The notes: generated by a model not told the origin, from the letters alone. Positions 53,937-63,195 are shown, counted from the first letter of the stretch. The stretch: DNA of 64,000 nucleotides from an uncultured Gemmatimonadales bacterium (GCA_963793305.1 CAWBZV010000011.1:1-64000), one strand, 5' to 3'. Numbers and translations are program-made.

Positions 53937-54063
53937 CCGTTTCGTGTGCAACGTTGCGCAGATGTTCGCTGATGCGTATTGTTGATGTGTCGAGGGCGAC
54001 GGGGGGCAACGCAAGCTCCTGCGCTGTGCGCAACGAACCCCTGCGACTGGTGGATCAGTGCCC

Positions 54064-54098
54064 CGAGAGGCCGCTCAGAGGCGGCCTCTCGTTATTCT
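54064..54098 (+). terminator. Intrinsic terminator of copy B
   Basis: CGAGAGGCCGC-TCAGAG-GCGGCCTCTCG-TTATTCT. Confidence 0.8.
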
Positions 54099-54143
54099 GT
54101 CCCGCCTTGCGGGGTTCCGCCTGGGACGATAACCTACAAAGCT

Positions 54144-55865
54144 ATGTCGAATTTGAGGATACGCATCGCCATCGTCCTGGCGCTCATCGGCTTGTCACTA
54201 TGGGCGTTATGGCCGCGCAAAGCGACAGAAGCGCGGCTGTCGAAGGCGGGAGAAGTGCTCGTCGACACGACGACGGGTCTGACGGAGCTCGACACGGTCT
54301 GGCGCATTCCTATTAAGGAAGGGCTCGACCTCCAGGGCGGGATCCACATGGCGCTCGAGGTCAACCAGGACCACGGGACAGTGCCGAACATCAGTGATGC
54401 GATTGATCGCGCGGTGACCGTCGTGCGGACGCGCATCGACCAGTTTGGCGTGGCGGAGCCCGTGGTGCAGAAGGTCGGGAGCGATCGCATCATCGTCGAG
54501 TTACCCGGCGTGAGTGACCCCAAGCGGGCGCACGATATCGTCTCGCAGTCGGCGTTCCTCCAATTCCAGATCACCGACAAGACCGAGGCCCTCGAAAAGG
54601 CGATTCCGCGGATCGACGCGGCGCTCAAGACCGCGAGGATCGCGAACGTTGCGGGTGCGGCGCAGGCGCCTAGCGCGGCTGGCGGTCAGCAACAGCAAGG
54701 GATTCAGGGTCTCTTCACTGGCCCCAATGACACGACGAAGAAAGGCAAGACTGGGGGCGCGAAGCACGATTCGACGACGGCCGATACCGGGTCGCTCGCC
54801 AACACGCTGACCGGCGGCGCATTCTCGAAGCTCGTGCAGCCGACGGGGCAGATGCCAGGCGAGTACTACGTCCAGAGCACGGATGTCCGGTTGGTCCAAC
54901 GGTACTTGGCGGTGCCCGATGTGCAGGCGGCGCTGCCTCCCGGCAAGTCCGTTCGGTGGTCGGCCGACACGGTCGTCCTCGGCGGGCGCGTCTATCGTCC
55001 GTTCTATGTCGTCGACACCCGCCCGATCATTACTGGCGAGTATCTGATCGACGCGCAGCCCGCGAGCGATCCGGTCGAGGGCACGAAGGTCGAGTTTACG
55101 CTGAATCGTGAGGGCGGCCGTCGGTTCCAGACGGAGACCGCCCGGCACGTGAAGGACTATATGGCGATCGTGCTCGACACGCTCGTCATGGGGCGGCCGC
55201 CGATCATTGAAGGCGCGATCGGCACCCGCGGACAGATCACCATGGGTGGGCGTGATCTCCAGGCGGCGCAGGACCTGGCGCTGGTGTTGCGCGCGGGCGC
55301 GCTCCCGGTGCCGCTCAAGATCGTCGAGGAGCGCGCGATCGGCGCGAGCCTCGGGACCGACTCGGTGCACGCGGGGATCGAGGCGGGGATTATCGCGGTG
55401 GCGCTCGTCGTGATCATCATGCTCGTGTATTACAAGTTTTCTGGATTCCTGGCGGTGTGCGGTCTGACGTTGTACATGCTGTACACGTTGGCGGCGCTCG
55501 CCGGATTCGATGCCGTGCTGACCCTCCCCGGGCTTGCCGGGTTTGTGCTCTCGATCGGTATCGCGGTCGATGCCAATGTGCTGATCTTCGAGCGCATTCG
55601 AGAGGAGCTCGATCACGGGAAGACGCCACGGCTCGCGATTGACGAAGGCTTCCGGCACGCGATGAGCGCGATTATCGACTCGAACGTGTCCACCGTCCTC
55701 ACGGCGGCCGTCCTGTATCAGTATGGCAGCGGGTCCGTTCGCGGGTTCGCCGTGACCTTGATCGCGGGCATCCTGGCGTCGATGGTCACGTCGATCTTCG
55801 TCGTCCGGACGTTCTATATGATCTGGCTGACGCGCGCCCGCGGCGCCCAAACGATCAGCATCTAA
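54144..55865 (+). CDS. secD: Protein translocase subunit SecD
   Basis: GLDLQGG, RIDQFGVAEP, LRAGALP, AVDANVLIFERIREE. Confidence 0.97.
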   Translation: MSNLRIRIAIVLALIGLSLWALWPRKATEARLSKAGEVLVDTTTGLTELDTVWRIPIKEGLDLQGGIHMALEVNQDHGTVPNISDAIDRAVTVVRTRIDQFGVAEPVVQKVGSDRIIVELPGVSDPKRAHDIVSQSAFLQFQITDKTEALEKAIPRIDAALKTARIANVAGAAQAPSAAGGQQQQGIQGLFTGPNDTTKKGKTGGAKHDSTTADTGSLANTLTGGAFSKLVQPTGQMPGEYYVQSTDVRLVQRYLAVPDVQAALPPGKSVRWSADTVVLGGRVYRPFYVVDTRPIITGEYLIDAQPASDPVEGTKVEFTLNREGGRRFQTETARHVKDYMAIVLDTLVMGRPPIIEGAIGTRGQITMGGRDLQAAQDLALVLRAGALPVPLKIVEERAIGASLGTDSVHAGIEAGIIAVALVVIIMLVYYKFSGFLAVCGLTLYMLYTLAALAGFDAVLTLPGLAGFVLSIGIAVDANVLIFERIREELDHGKTPRLAIDEGFRHAMSAIIDSNVSTVLTAAVLYQYGSGSVRGFAVTLIAGILASMVTSIFVVRTFYMIWLTRARGAQTISI

Positions 55866-56851
55866 TGCTGCGCATATTCTATAACACCCACTACGATTTC
55901 ATCCGCCCCTGGCGGATCATGGTCGCGTTGACCGTCGGCTTCATCGTGATCGGGCTGTCGAGTCTCGTGTTCACCGGCATCCGCTACAGCATCGACTTCA
56001 CCGGCGGAACGATCATGCAGTTGCGGTTCCAGCAGCCGCCCGATGTCTCGCGTCTGCGGTCGCTCCTGGACCAGGGCGGCGTGCGGAACGCCGAGATCCA
56101 GTCGTTCGGATCGAATCGCGAGTATACGGTTCGCGCACAAGACCTGGCGGCCTCGCGTGGTGGGAGCACGGACTCGGTCGCGACGGAAGTGCGCGGGATT
56201 CTCGACAAGGTGTTCGGAAAACAATATCAGGTGGTCCGGACGGAGAGCGTGGGGCCGCGCGTCGGGAGTGAGCTCCGGAACGGGGCCATCAAGGCGGTGC
56301 TCTTATCGTTCTTGTTGACGCTGTTGTATCTCGCCTGGCGGTTCGAGTGGCGGTTCGGCGTCGCGGCCGTCATCGCGACGGCGCACGACATCTGTACGAC
56401 GCTCGCGTTCATCAAGCTCATGAACATCGAAGTGTCGCTGACCGTCGTCGCCGGCATTCTGACGGTCATCGGGTATTCGTTGAACGACACGATTATTATT
56501 TTCGACCGGGTTCGGGAGAATCTTCGCAGGCGTCGGCGGGAGCCGCTCTACGATACGATCAACCGATCGGTGAACGAGACGCTGCCGCGGTCGGTCATGA
56601 CGCACGCCACCGCGCTGGCCGCGACGATCGCGCTGCTCATCTTCGCCGGCGAAGTCATCCGGCCGTTCGCGTGGGTGATGGCGTTTGGTATCTTCACCGG
56701 GACGTTCTCCTCCATCTACGTGGCCGCGCCGGTGTTGCTGTGGATCGAGCGGCGGTGGCCGCGCGAGGTCTCGAACGCGCAAGGCGGGCCCGCGATAAAG
56801 AAGCCGGCGCCGCGATCGCAAAAGCCCACGGAGGCCGCCGGCGTTCGTTGA
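55865..56851 (+). CDS. secF: Protein translocase subunit SecF
   Basis: IDFTGGT, VGPRVGSEL, GYSLNDTIIIFDRVRE. Confidence 0.97.
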   Translation: MLRIFYNTHYDFIRPWRIMVALTVGFIVIGLSSLVFTGIRYSIDFTGGTIMQLRFQQPPDVSRLRSLLDQGGVRNAEIQSFGSNREYTVRAQDLAASRGGSTDSVATEVRGILDKVFGKQYQVVRTESVGPRVGSELRNGAIKAVLLSFLLTLLYLAWRFEWRFGVAAVIATAHDICTTLAFIKLMNIEVSLTVVAGILTVIGYSLNDTIIIFDRVRENLRRRRREPLYDTINRSVNETLPRSVMTHATALAATIALLIFAGEVIRPFAWVMAFGIFTGTFSSIYVAAPVLLWIERRWPREVSNAQGGPAIKKPAPRSQKPTEAAGVR

Positions 56852-57629
56852 TAGTCATGCTCACCTGGCCGACGCCGCGTTTGTCGACGACGTTCGATCA
56901 GGTGATCGAGGCCGCGCGTGGTGCTGGCGCGGCCGCTCTCGTATGTATCGGCGAGTCGCAGGCCGCCACAACCGGCGCGCTGCGACTCGCGGCACGGTAT
57001 CCTCGCTTCGTGTTTGCCACCGCCGGGGTGCATCCCGGCGAAGCCGGCACCTACGACAGGCAGCGGGACGAGCTCTGGATACGCGACGCCGTGGCGGCTG
57101 GCGCGGTGGCCATTGGCGAATGTGGGCTCGATTATCACTATGATCACGTTGAGCCGCGGCTGCCAGCGCGATTGCGTTTGCCGATCAGATCGGGATGGCG
57201 GCGACCTTCGGTCGACCGCTGATCGTGCATACGCGCGACGCCGAGGCCGACACGATGACCGCCGTGCGGGACGCCGGCGCGGCGGGCGTGCGGGGCGTTC
57301 TCCACTGCTATACCGGATCCCATGAGCTGGCCCAGGTGGCGATTGACGCCGGATGGTACGTCTCGTTTGCCGGCATCGTCACATTCGCCAAGTGGAACGA
57401 CGACGCGTTGATCCGGCTGGTGCCCGAGGATCGCATCCTCGTCGAGACCGACGCGCCGTATCTGGCGCCGGTCCCGAAACGTGGGAAGCGCAACGAGCCC
57501 GCGTTCGCGCGCTACACCCTCGAACGATTGGCCGCGGTGCGGAATACGACGAGTGAGGCCCTCGGCGCCGCAGTCACCGCGAACGCACGGCGCCTGTTAA
57601 ATTTGCCCATCCCATTGGAGTGTTCATGA
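56841..57629 (+). CDS. tatD: TatD-family hydrolase (frameshifted; start unclear)
   Basis: FVDSHAHL, GVHP, IGECGLDY, IVHTRDA, LHCY, ETDAPYLAP. Confidence 0.9.
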
Positions 57630-59299
57630 GCGTCCCCTCCGACATTGAGATTGCGCAGCAGGCCAAACCCCGTCCGATCGTGGATGTCGCCGCCGACCTC
57701 GGGCTCACTCCGGATGATCTCGATCTGTACGGGAAGTACAAAGCCAAGGTCCCTCTGGAGCTGACGGCGCGCGCTCCGCGCGGGCGGCTCGTGCTCGTGA
57801 CCGGGATCAACCCGACAGCGGCCGGCGAAGGGAAGACGACGACAACCGTTGGCCTCACGCAGGCCTTTCGGAAGCTCGGCACGAATGCCGTCCTCTGCAT
57901 CAGGGAGCCGAGCTTGGGGCCCGTGTTCGGCGTCAAGGGCGGCGCGGCCGGCGGTGGGTATGCGCAAGTCATCCCGATGGAGGATATCAACCTCCATTTC
58001 ACGGGCGACTTCCACGCGATCTCGAGCGCGCACGCGCTCTTGTCGGCGATGCTCGACAATCACCTGACGCAAGGGAACTCGCTGTCGATTGATCCGCGGC
58101 GCATTACGTGGCCGCGGACGATCGATATGAACGATCGGGCGCTCCGGGATTGCGTCATCGGGCTCGGTGGTGTCGCGAACGGCGTCGTGCGCGAGGAACG
58201 GTGGGTCATCATTCCCGCGAGCGAGGTCATGGCCATCCTCGCGCTGGCGACGAGTCAGGCGGATCTCGAAGCGCGGCTCTCGCGCATCATCGTCGGGGGC
58301 ACCGCTGGTGCGGACCGCAAGCCCGTGCGCGCCGGCGATCTCAAAGCGTCGGGCGCGATGGCCCTATTGCTGAAGGACGCGATTCGGCCCAACCTCGTTC
58401 AGACTCTCGAAGGCGGTCCGGCGTTCGTTCACGCGGGCCCATTCGGGAATATCGCGCATGGCTGCAACAGCATTCTCGCCACTCGTGCTGCCCTTGGCCT
58501 CGCCGACATCGTGATCACCGAAGCCGGCTTCGGATCGGACCTCGGCGCCGAGAAGTTCTTCGACATCAAATGCCGGGTTGGTGGTCTGCAACCCGAGGCC
58601 GCCGTGCTCGTGGCGACTGTCCGAGCACTCAAGCTCAACGGTGGCGCGAACAAGAATGATTTGAAGCGCGAGGATATTGGCGCTTTGGAGAAGGGGCTGC
58701 CAAATCTCGATCGCCACATCAAGAACGTGCAGCAATTCGGCATGCCCGTTGTTGTCGCGGTGAATCGCTTTATTACTGACAGCGACCGCGAGCTGCAGAT
58801 GGTAGCGGATAGGGCGAGGGCGCACGGGGCGCAGGCTGCGCTCTGCGACGTGTGGGAGAAAGGTGGCGCTGGCGGCGAGGAGCTCGCGCGGGTCGTCCAA
58901 GGGTTACTCGACAGCAAGAAGGCCAAGTATGCGCCACTCTATCCCGTGACGTTGCCCATTCGCGATAAGATCGAGACGATCGTCAAGCGCGTGTACGGAG
59001 GCGACGGAGTCGACTATACGGCGAAGGCCGAGCGCTCGATCGAGTATCTCGAGTCGATCGGCCTCGGCGAGACGCCGGTGTGTATGGCGAAAACGCAGTA
59101 CTCGTTCACCGATGATGCCACCCGTCTCGGAGCGCCGACCGGGTTTCGTGTGACGGTGAACGAAGTGTACCCCGCGGCCGGCGCTGGATTCGTGGTCGCC
59201 CAGGCGGGAGATATTATGACAATGCCGGGATTGCCGAAGGAGCCGGCGGCGGAGCGCATGGCGGTGCACGCCAATGGCTCGATTGTGGGCCTCTTTTAA
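57626..59299 (+). CDS. fhs: Formate--tetrahydrofolate ligase
   Basis: GEGKTTT, KGGAAGGGY, GPFGNIAHG, TEAGFG, MPGLPK. Confidence 0.97.
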   Translation: MSVPSDIEIAQQAKPRPIVDVAADLGLTPDDLDLYGKYKAKVPLELTARAPRGRLVLVTGINPTAAGEGKTTTTVGLTQAFRKLGTNAVLCIREPSLGPVFGVKGGAAGGGYAQVIPMEDINLHFTGDFHAISSAHALLSAMLDNHLTQGNSLSIDPRRITWPRTIDMNDRALRDCVIGLGGVANGVVREERWVIIPASEVMAILALATSQADLEARLSRIIVGGTAGADRKPVRAGDLKASGAMALLLKDAIRPNLVQTLEGGPAFVHAGPFGNIAHGCNSILATRAALGLADIVITEAGFGSDLGAEKFFDIKCRVGGLQPEAAVLVATVRALKLNGGANKNDLKREDIGALEKGLPNLDRHIKNVQQFGMPVVVAVNRFITDSDRELQMVADRARAHGAQAALCDVWEKGGAGGEELARVVQGLLDSKKAKYAPLYPVTLPIRDKIETIVKRVYGGDGVDYTAKAERSIEYLESIGLGETPVCMAKTQYSFTDDATRLGAPTGFRVTVNEVYPAAGAGFVVAQAGDIMTMPGLPKEPAAERMAVHANGSIVGLF

Positions 59300-59310
59300 C
59301 CCTCGGGTAC

Positions 59311-59709
59311 ATGCATACGGTTGAGACGAGCAAGGCGCCGAAGCCGGTGGGTCCGTACGCGCAAGCGACCATCGCGCATCACTTCCTCTTCACGGCGGGC
59401 CAGGTGGGGCTCGATCCCGCGACCGGTCAGATCGTGACGGGCGGTGTCATTCCACAGACGCAGCAGGCGCTCGCGAACCTCACGGCGGTACTGGCCGAAC
59501 GACAGCTGACGTGGGCGGATGTCGTGAAGACGACGGTCTATCTCTCGAACATGGCCGACTTCGACGCCATGAACGAGGTGTACGCGAAGGTCATGAATGG
59601 CGCGCGGCCCGCGCGGTCGACCGTGCAGGTCGCGGCGTTGCCCAGGGGCGCCGCGGTGGAGATCGATGCCGTGGCGGCAGTCAAGAAGGACAAGGGGAGC
59701 GATTCCTGA
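59311..59709 (+). CDS. ridA: RidA-family enamine/imine deaminase
   Basis: PVGPYAQ, MNEVY, PARSTVQVAALP, VEIDA. Confidence 0.93.
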   Translation: MHTVETSKAPKPVGPYAQATIAHHFLFTAGQVGLDPATGQIVTGGVIPQTQQALANLTAVLAERQLTWADVVKTTVYLSNMADFDAMNEVYAKVMNGARPARSTVQVAALPRGAAVEIDAVAAVKKDKGSDS

Positions 59710-60749
59710 AGCACACGCGGGAAGAAATTTTTCGGCTGACCGAATTCGCGCGGTGCGCCGGGTGAGCGTCGAAAATGGGTCCGGGTGACCTGTCGCGGGC
59801 GCTTGCTCCGCTCACGCCGAGCGAAGATCCACGCCTCATCGTCGGTCGAGAGACCTTCGATGACGCGGGAATCTTTCGGCTGTCCGACGATCTCGCGCTC
59901 GTGCAGACCGTCGACTTCTTTGCGCCGATCGTCGATGACCCGTTCACCTACGGTCGGGTGGCGGCGGCGAACGCGCTGTCGGACGTTTATGCGATGGGTG
60001 GCGAGCCGCTCACCGCGCTCAACATTGTCGGGTTTCCCGTCAAGAAGCTCCCGATCGAGGTGCTGACCGAGATTCTGCGCGGTGGGCAAGCGGCCGTGCA
60101 GGAGGCTGGCGCCGTCATCGTCGGCGGGCATACCGTCGAGGACGAGGAGCTCAAGTACGGGCTCTCGGTCACTGGGCGCGTGGATCCGCGGCGCATCTTG
60201 ACCAACGCCGGGGCTCGCGTTGGGGACCGGCTGTTGCTCACGAAGCCCATCGGCACCGGGCTCATCTCGACCGCGTTCAAGAAATGGCGCGGGAAGATGC
60301 CGGCCGAGGTCGAGACGCGCATGATCGAGGTCATGACGACACTCAATCGTGACGCGGCACGGGCGGCCGTTGCACTCGGGCTTTCGTGCGCGACGGACGT
60401 CACCGGGTTCGGGCTCCTCGGCCATGCGTCGCACGTGGCGAGAGCCAGCCACGTGGGGCTGCGCATCACGGTCGATCGCGTGCCTGTGCTCGATGGGGCC
60501 GGACAGGCTTTTGAGCGCGGCGCGCGTACGGCTGGGGGCGAACGGAACGATGCATATCTGAAACCCCTGGTGGACTGGGGGGTAGGGCGAACGGCGTTCG
60601 AGAAGGCACTGCTCGTCGATCCCCAGACCTCTGGGGGGCTATTGATCGCAGCGGCACCTGATCTCGTGGCCGAGTATGTTCAGCGCGTTCCCGGTGCGGC
60701 CGAGATTGGCGTCGTGGTCTCGGGCGATGGTCGCATTGAGTTGGTCTAG
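59706..60749 (+). CDS. selD: Selenophosphate synthetase with in-frame UGA selenocysteine at 59763-59765 (start codon uncertain)
   Basis: FRLTEFARCAG-U-ASKMGP, then DDAG, QTVDFF, ANALSDVYAMGG, TDVTGFGLLGH, DPQTSGGLL. Confidence 0.93.
59766..59800 (+). promoter_or_regulatory. Putative bacterial SECIS hairpin
   Basis: GGGTC-CGGGT-GACCT hairpin starting about 11 nt after the UGA. Confidence 0.55.
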
Positions 60750-60772
60750 CATTACTCTGCGGCGCGGCAGTT

Positions 60773-60808
60773 GGGGGGTCTGGGGGGGTAGTTGTGGTTC
60801 CCCCCAGA
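60773..60808. repeat. G/C-run palindrome (REP-like) upstream of selC
   Basis: TCTGGGGGG...CCCCCCAGA inverted repeat. Confidence 0.5.
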
Positions 60809-60847
60809 GGCGAATAGATGCCCCCTGGTTACGCGCAGCGGAACCTG

Positions 60848-60941
60848 GGGGGTGGATGGGGCCTGGTGGTCCTCTCGGTCTTCAAAACCGCTGCGACCCG
60901 ACTCGTTCGGGTTTGGTGGGTTCGATTCCCACGCGCTCCCG
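60848..60941 (+). tRNA. selC: tRNA-Sec(TCA)
   Basis: Anticodon loop CT-TCA-AA, 6-bp D-stem, long variable arm GACCCGA/TCGGGTT, G discriminator; adjacent to selD. Confidence 0.93.
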
Positions 60942-60984
60942 TCGGCTTCGCCTCCGGTCGCGCCTCCTATTTGATGCGTCTGCC

Positions 60985-61599
60985 GTGGGCCGCCGCGGAA
61001 CTGCCGGGTTTTTGCTCCTGCACGCGGTCGTCTCGGCTCTCGGTGCTCAGCAGCAGGATAGCGCGAAGGCTGGTGTAGGGCGGCCGGCGCCGTCGCATCG
61101 GGCGCCGCGCGTTGATACCGTGAAAGGCCCGCCGATTCCTCCGGGACGAGCGTTCTTGTATTCGCTGCTCGTCCCCGGCCTCGGCCAAGCGAAGCTCGAT
61201 CGCGCGTGGACCGGCGCGCTGTTCGCGGGTGTCGAAGTGCTCGCGCTCTCGCGCTGGGAGCAGGCCGCGCGGGATCTCAAGTATGCGCAGACCCATAGAA
61301 ACGATAGCGTCGCGCTCTACGATTCCGTCGTGAATGGGGTCGTGCAGATCAACGACACGACGGGAAAGCCGATCGAGATCTTCAACTACAACCCGTACTC
61401 GTCGAGCCGCGTCGGCGCGCGCAAGCTGCACGTCGAAGACTGGATCGCCGTGGTCATCTTCAATCACCTCATCTCCGGCGCCGACGCGTTCGTCGAGGCG
61501 CAGCTGTGGGATCTGCCGAGCCGCATCTCGGCGTTCCGCGCGCCGGATGGCTCGACCGTGGTGGCGATCTCACTCCCCATTCGCGCACCTCCTTTATGA
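60985..61599 (+). CDS. Hypothetical membrane or exported protein (DUF5683-like; start uncertain)
   Basis: AFLYSLLVPGLGQ and ADAFVEAQLWD motifs. Confidence 0.65.
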   Translation: MGRRGTAGFLLLHAVVSALGAQQQDSAKAGVGRPAPSHRAPRVDTVKGPPIPPGRAFLYSLLVPGLGQAKLDRAWTGALFAGVEVLALSRWEQAARDLKYAQTHRNDSVALYDSVVNGVVQINDTTGKPIEIFNYNPYSSSRVGARKLHVEDWIAVVIFNHLISGADAFVEAQLWDLPSRISAFRAPDGSTVVAISLPIRAPPL

Positions 61600-62399
61600 C
61601 GACCGCACCCATCGGCGTATTCGACTCCGGACTCGGCGGGCTCACCGTCGTACGGGCATTGGTGGCGCGGCTCCCGCGGGAGTCGATCATCTATGTCGGC
61701 GACAGCGCGCGCGTGCCGTATGGGCCGAAGAGTCCCGACACCGTACGCCGGTATGCGAAGGAGATCGCGGCATATCTCGTTGGAGAAGGGGTCAAGGCGG
61801 TGGTGGTGGCCTGCAACACCGCGACCGCGCACGCGTTGCCGATGCTCAAAGAGACGCTGTCGGTGCCGGTCGTCGGCGTCATTGAGCCCGGCGCGCGCGC
61901 CGCGGTGCGGGCCACGAAATCCGGACCGATCGGCGTGATCGGCACCGTCGGCACGATCGCGTCCGGCGCCTACGAGAAGGCGATCGCCGAGATCAACCCC
62001 GAGCTCACGGTGATGTCGACACCGTGCCCATTGTTCGTGCCGCTGGTTGAAGAAGGGCTGTTGGAGCACAAGGCCACGCGGCAGATCGTGAAGCTGTACC
62101 TCAAGCCGCTCGCCGCGACCGGCATCGATACGCTGATCCTGGGCTGCACGCATTATCCACTGCTCGTCGAACAGATCGCCAATCGCGTGGAAGGCGTGAC
62201 GCTGATCGACAGCGGGGCCGAGACGGCGATCGAAGTGTCGATGGTGCTGCAGCAAGCGCACATCGAGGCGCCGCCGACGGCGTCACCGACCTATCGCTTC
62301 ATCGCCACGGACGCCCCGGAGCAATTCCTCCGTTCCGCCCGCCGGTTCCTCGGTCCCGGGCACACGATCAAGCGCGTGGAGACGCTGAACGTGACCTGA
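61596..62399 (+). CDS. murI: Glutamate racemase
   Basis: FDSGLGGLTV, PYG, ACNTA, LGCTHYP. Confidence 0.97.
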   Translation: MTTAPIGVFDSGLGGLTVVRALVARLPRESIIYVGDSARVPYGPKSPDTVRRYAKEIAAYLVGEGVKAVVVACNTATAHALPMLKETLSVPVVGVIEPGARAAVRATKSGPIGVIGTVGTIASGAYEKAIAEINPELTVMSTPCPLFVPLVEEGLLEHKATRQIVKLYLKPLAATGIDTLILGCTHYPLLVEQIANRVEGVTLIDSGAETAIEVSMVLQQAHIEAPPTASPTYRFIATDAPEQFLRSARRFLGPGHTIKRVETLNVT

Positions 62400-63155
62400 A
62401 GCGAGCCAAGCGTTCAGCGAGATCTTTTCGGGCGTGACCATGAGAAACGTCGGCCCGGGCTCTTTCGGTCCACTGATCCACGCACCGGCGTTGGCGTAGA
62501 CGCCGCCGCCCTTGGCCATGCGCTCGATCGTCGCGACGTGCGAATGCGCGAGCACCAGGAGCTCCAAGCGCCGGTCCGCCGCGAGTGTCTTCTCGGCGAC
62601 CGCGCGGAGGCCGGCGCCGCCATCGCGGGCGCTGTAGGTCCGGCTGGCGTGCGAGCTGCGCGTGGCGAGCCAGGTCGCCAGGTCGGCGGGCAGCCATCGA
62701 TACGCGCGCACGGCGGTCGGGTGGCGGATCACGGCGCGGAGTGCGCGGTACCGGCGGTCTTCGGCCTGGCGGAGGCCGTCGCCGTGCTCGACGCGCGCGT
62801 GCCAGCCGCCGAGGGTGCCCTCCCACGGGCCGACATGATAATCGACGCCGACGTCCGATCGCAGCATCTCGCCGCCCCAGCAGTCATGATTGCCGGCGAT
62901 CCACAGGACCGGGACTCCGCGCTCGCGAAGGTCCGCCAGCGCAGCGAGTATGCGGAAGCTCGAGCGGGGGATGACGGTGCGCCACTCGAACCAGAAGTCG
63001 AAGAGGTCCCCATTGATCACCAGGCTGCCGTCCGTGATCCCGCGGAGGAACTCCCGGAGGGTTCGCTCGCCGCCGTCCCACGGCGAACCAACGCCCAGGT
63101 GGGCGTCGGACATGATATAACACGGGGGCTCGAGTATCTGGGGCACCTGGGGCAT
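62283..63155 (-). CDS. lpxH: UDP-2,3-diacylglucosamine diphosphatase-like metallophosphoesterase
   Basis: SDAHLG, GDLFDFW, GNHD, HGD, AHSH, NAGAW. Confidence 0.8.
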   Translation of the reverse strand: MPQVPQILEPPCYIMSDAHLGVGSPWDGGERTLREFLRGITDGSLVINGDLFDFWFEWRTVIPRSSFRILAALADLRERGVPVLWIAGNHDCWGGEMLRSDVGVDYHVGPWEGTLGGWHARVEHGDGLRQAEDRRYRALRAVIRHPTAVRAYRWLPADLATWLATRSSHASRTYSARDGGAGLRAVAEKTLAADRRLELLVLAHSHVATIERMAKGGGVYANAGAWISGPKEPGPTFLMVTPEKISLNAWLASGHVQRLHALDRVPGTEEPAGGTEELLRGVRGDEAIGR

Positions 63156-63195
63156 CCGTGGCGTTTAGTTTAGTGGCCGGGCTAACTTGCCGGCC

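Larger units (their letters stand above)
53743..54098 (+). ncRNA. Unrecognised structured ncRNA of about 350 nt with an embedded tRNA-like domain, copy B
   Basis: Paralogue of 51857-52211 with the same helix order and compensatory changes. Confidence 0.85.

Noticed and set aside
53743..54098. tmRNA, suggested by size and G3:U70
   Set aside because: The tRNA-like part is internal and has D and anticodon arms rather than being formed from the RNA ends. I see no tag ORF, and copy A lacks G3:U70.
51857..54098. Retron msr-msd, group II intron, T-box or riboswitch
   Set aside because: There is no reverse transcriptase nearby and no recognisable domain V or T-box motif. Copy A has no sense gene downstream to regulate.
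51816..54098. Composite transposon or prophage att repeats around cls
   Set aside because: There is no transposase or integrase, and the copies are diverged in a structure-preserving way rather than identical.
53658..54143. ORF-track ORFs over ncRNA copy B and the long 5' extension of secD
   Set aside because: They have no protein motifs and the frames are not conserved in copy A. secD more plausibly starts at ATG 54144.
54501..55850. Long antisense ORFs, such as the 449-aa ORF opposite secD and the 369-aa ORF opposite serS
   Set aside because: These are shadow ORFs expected in high-GC coding DNA and show no recognisable motifs.
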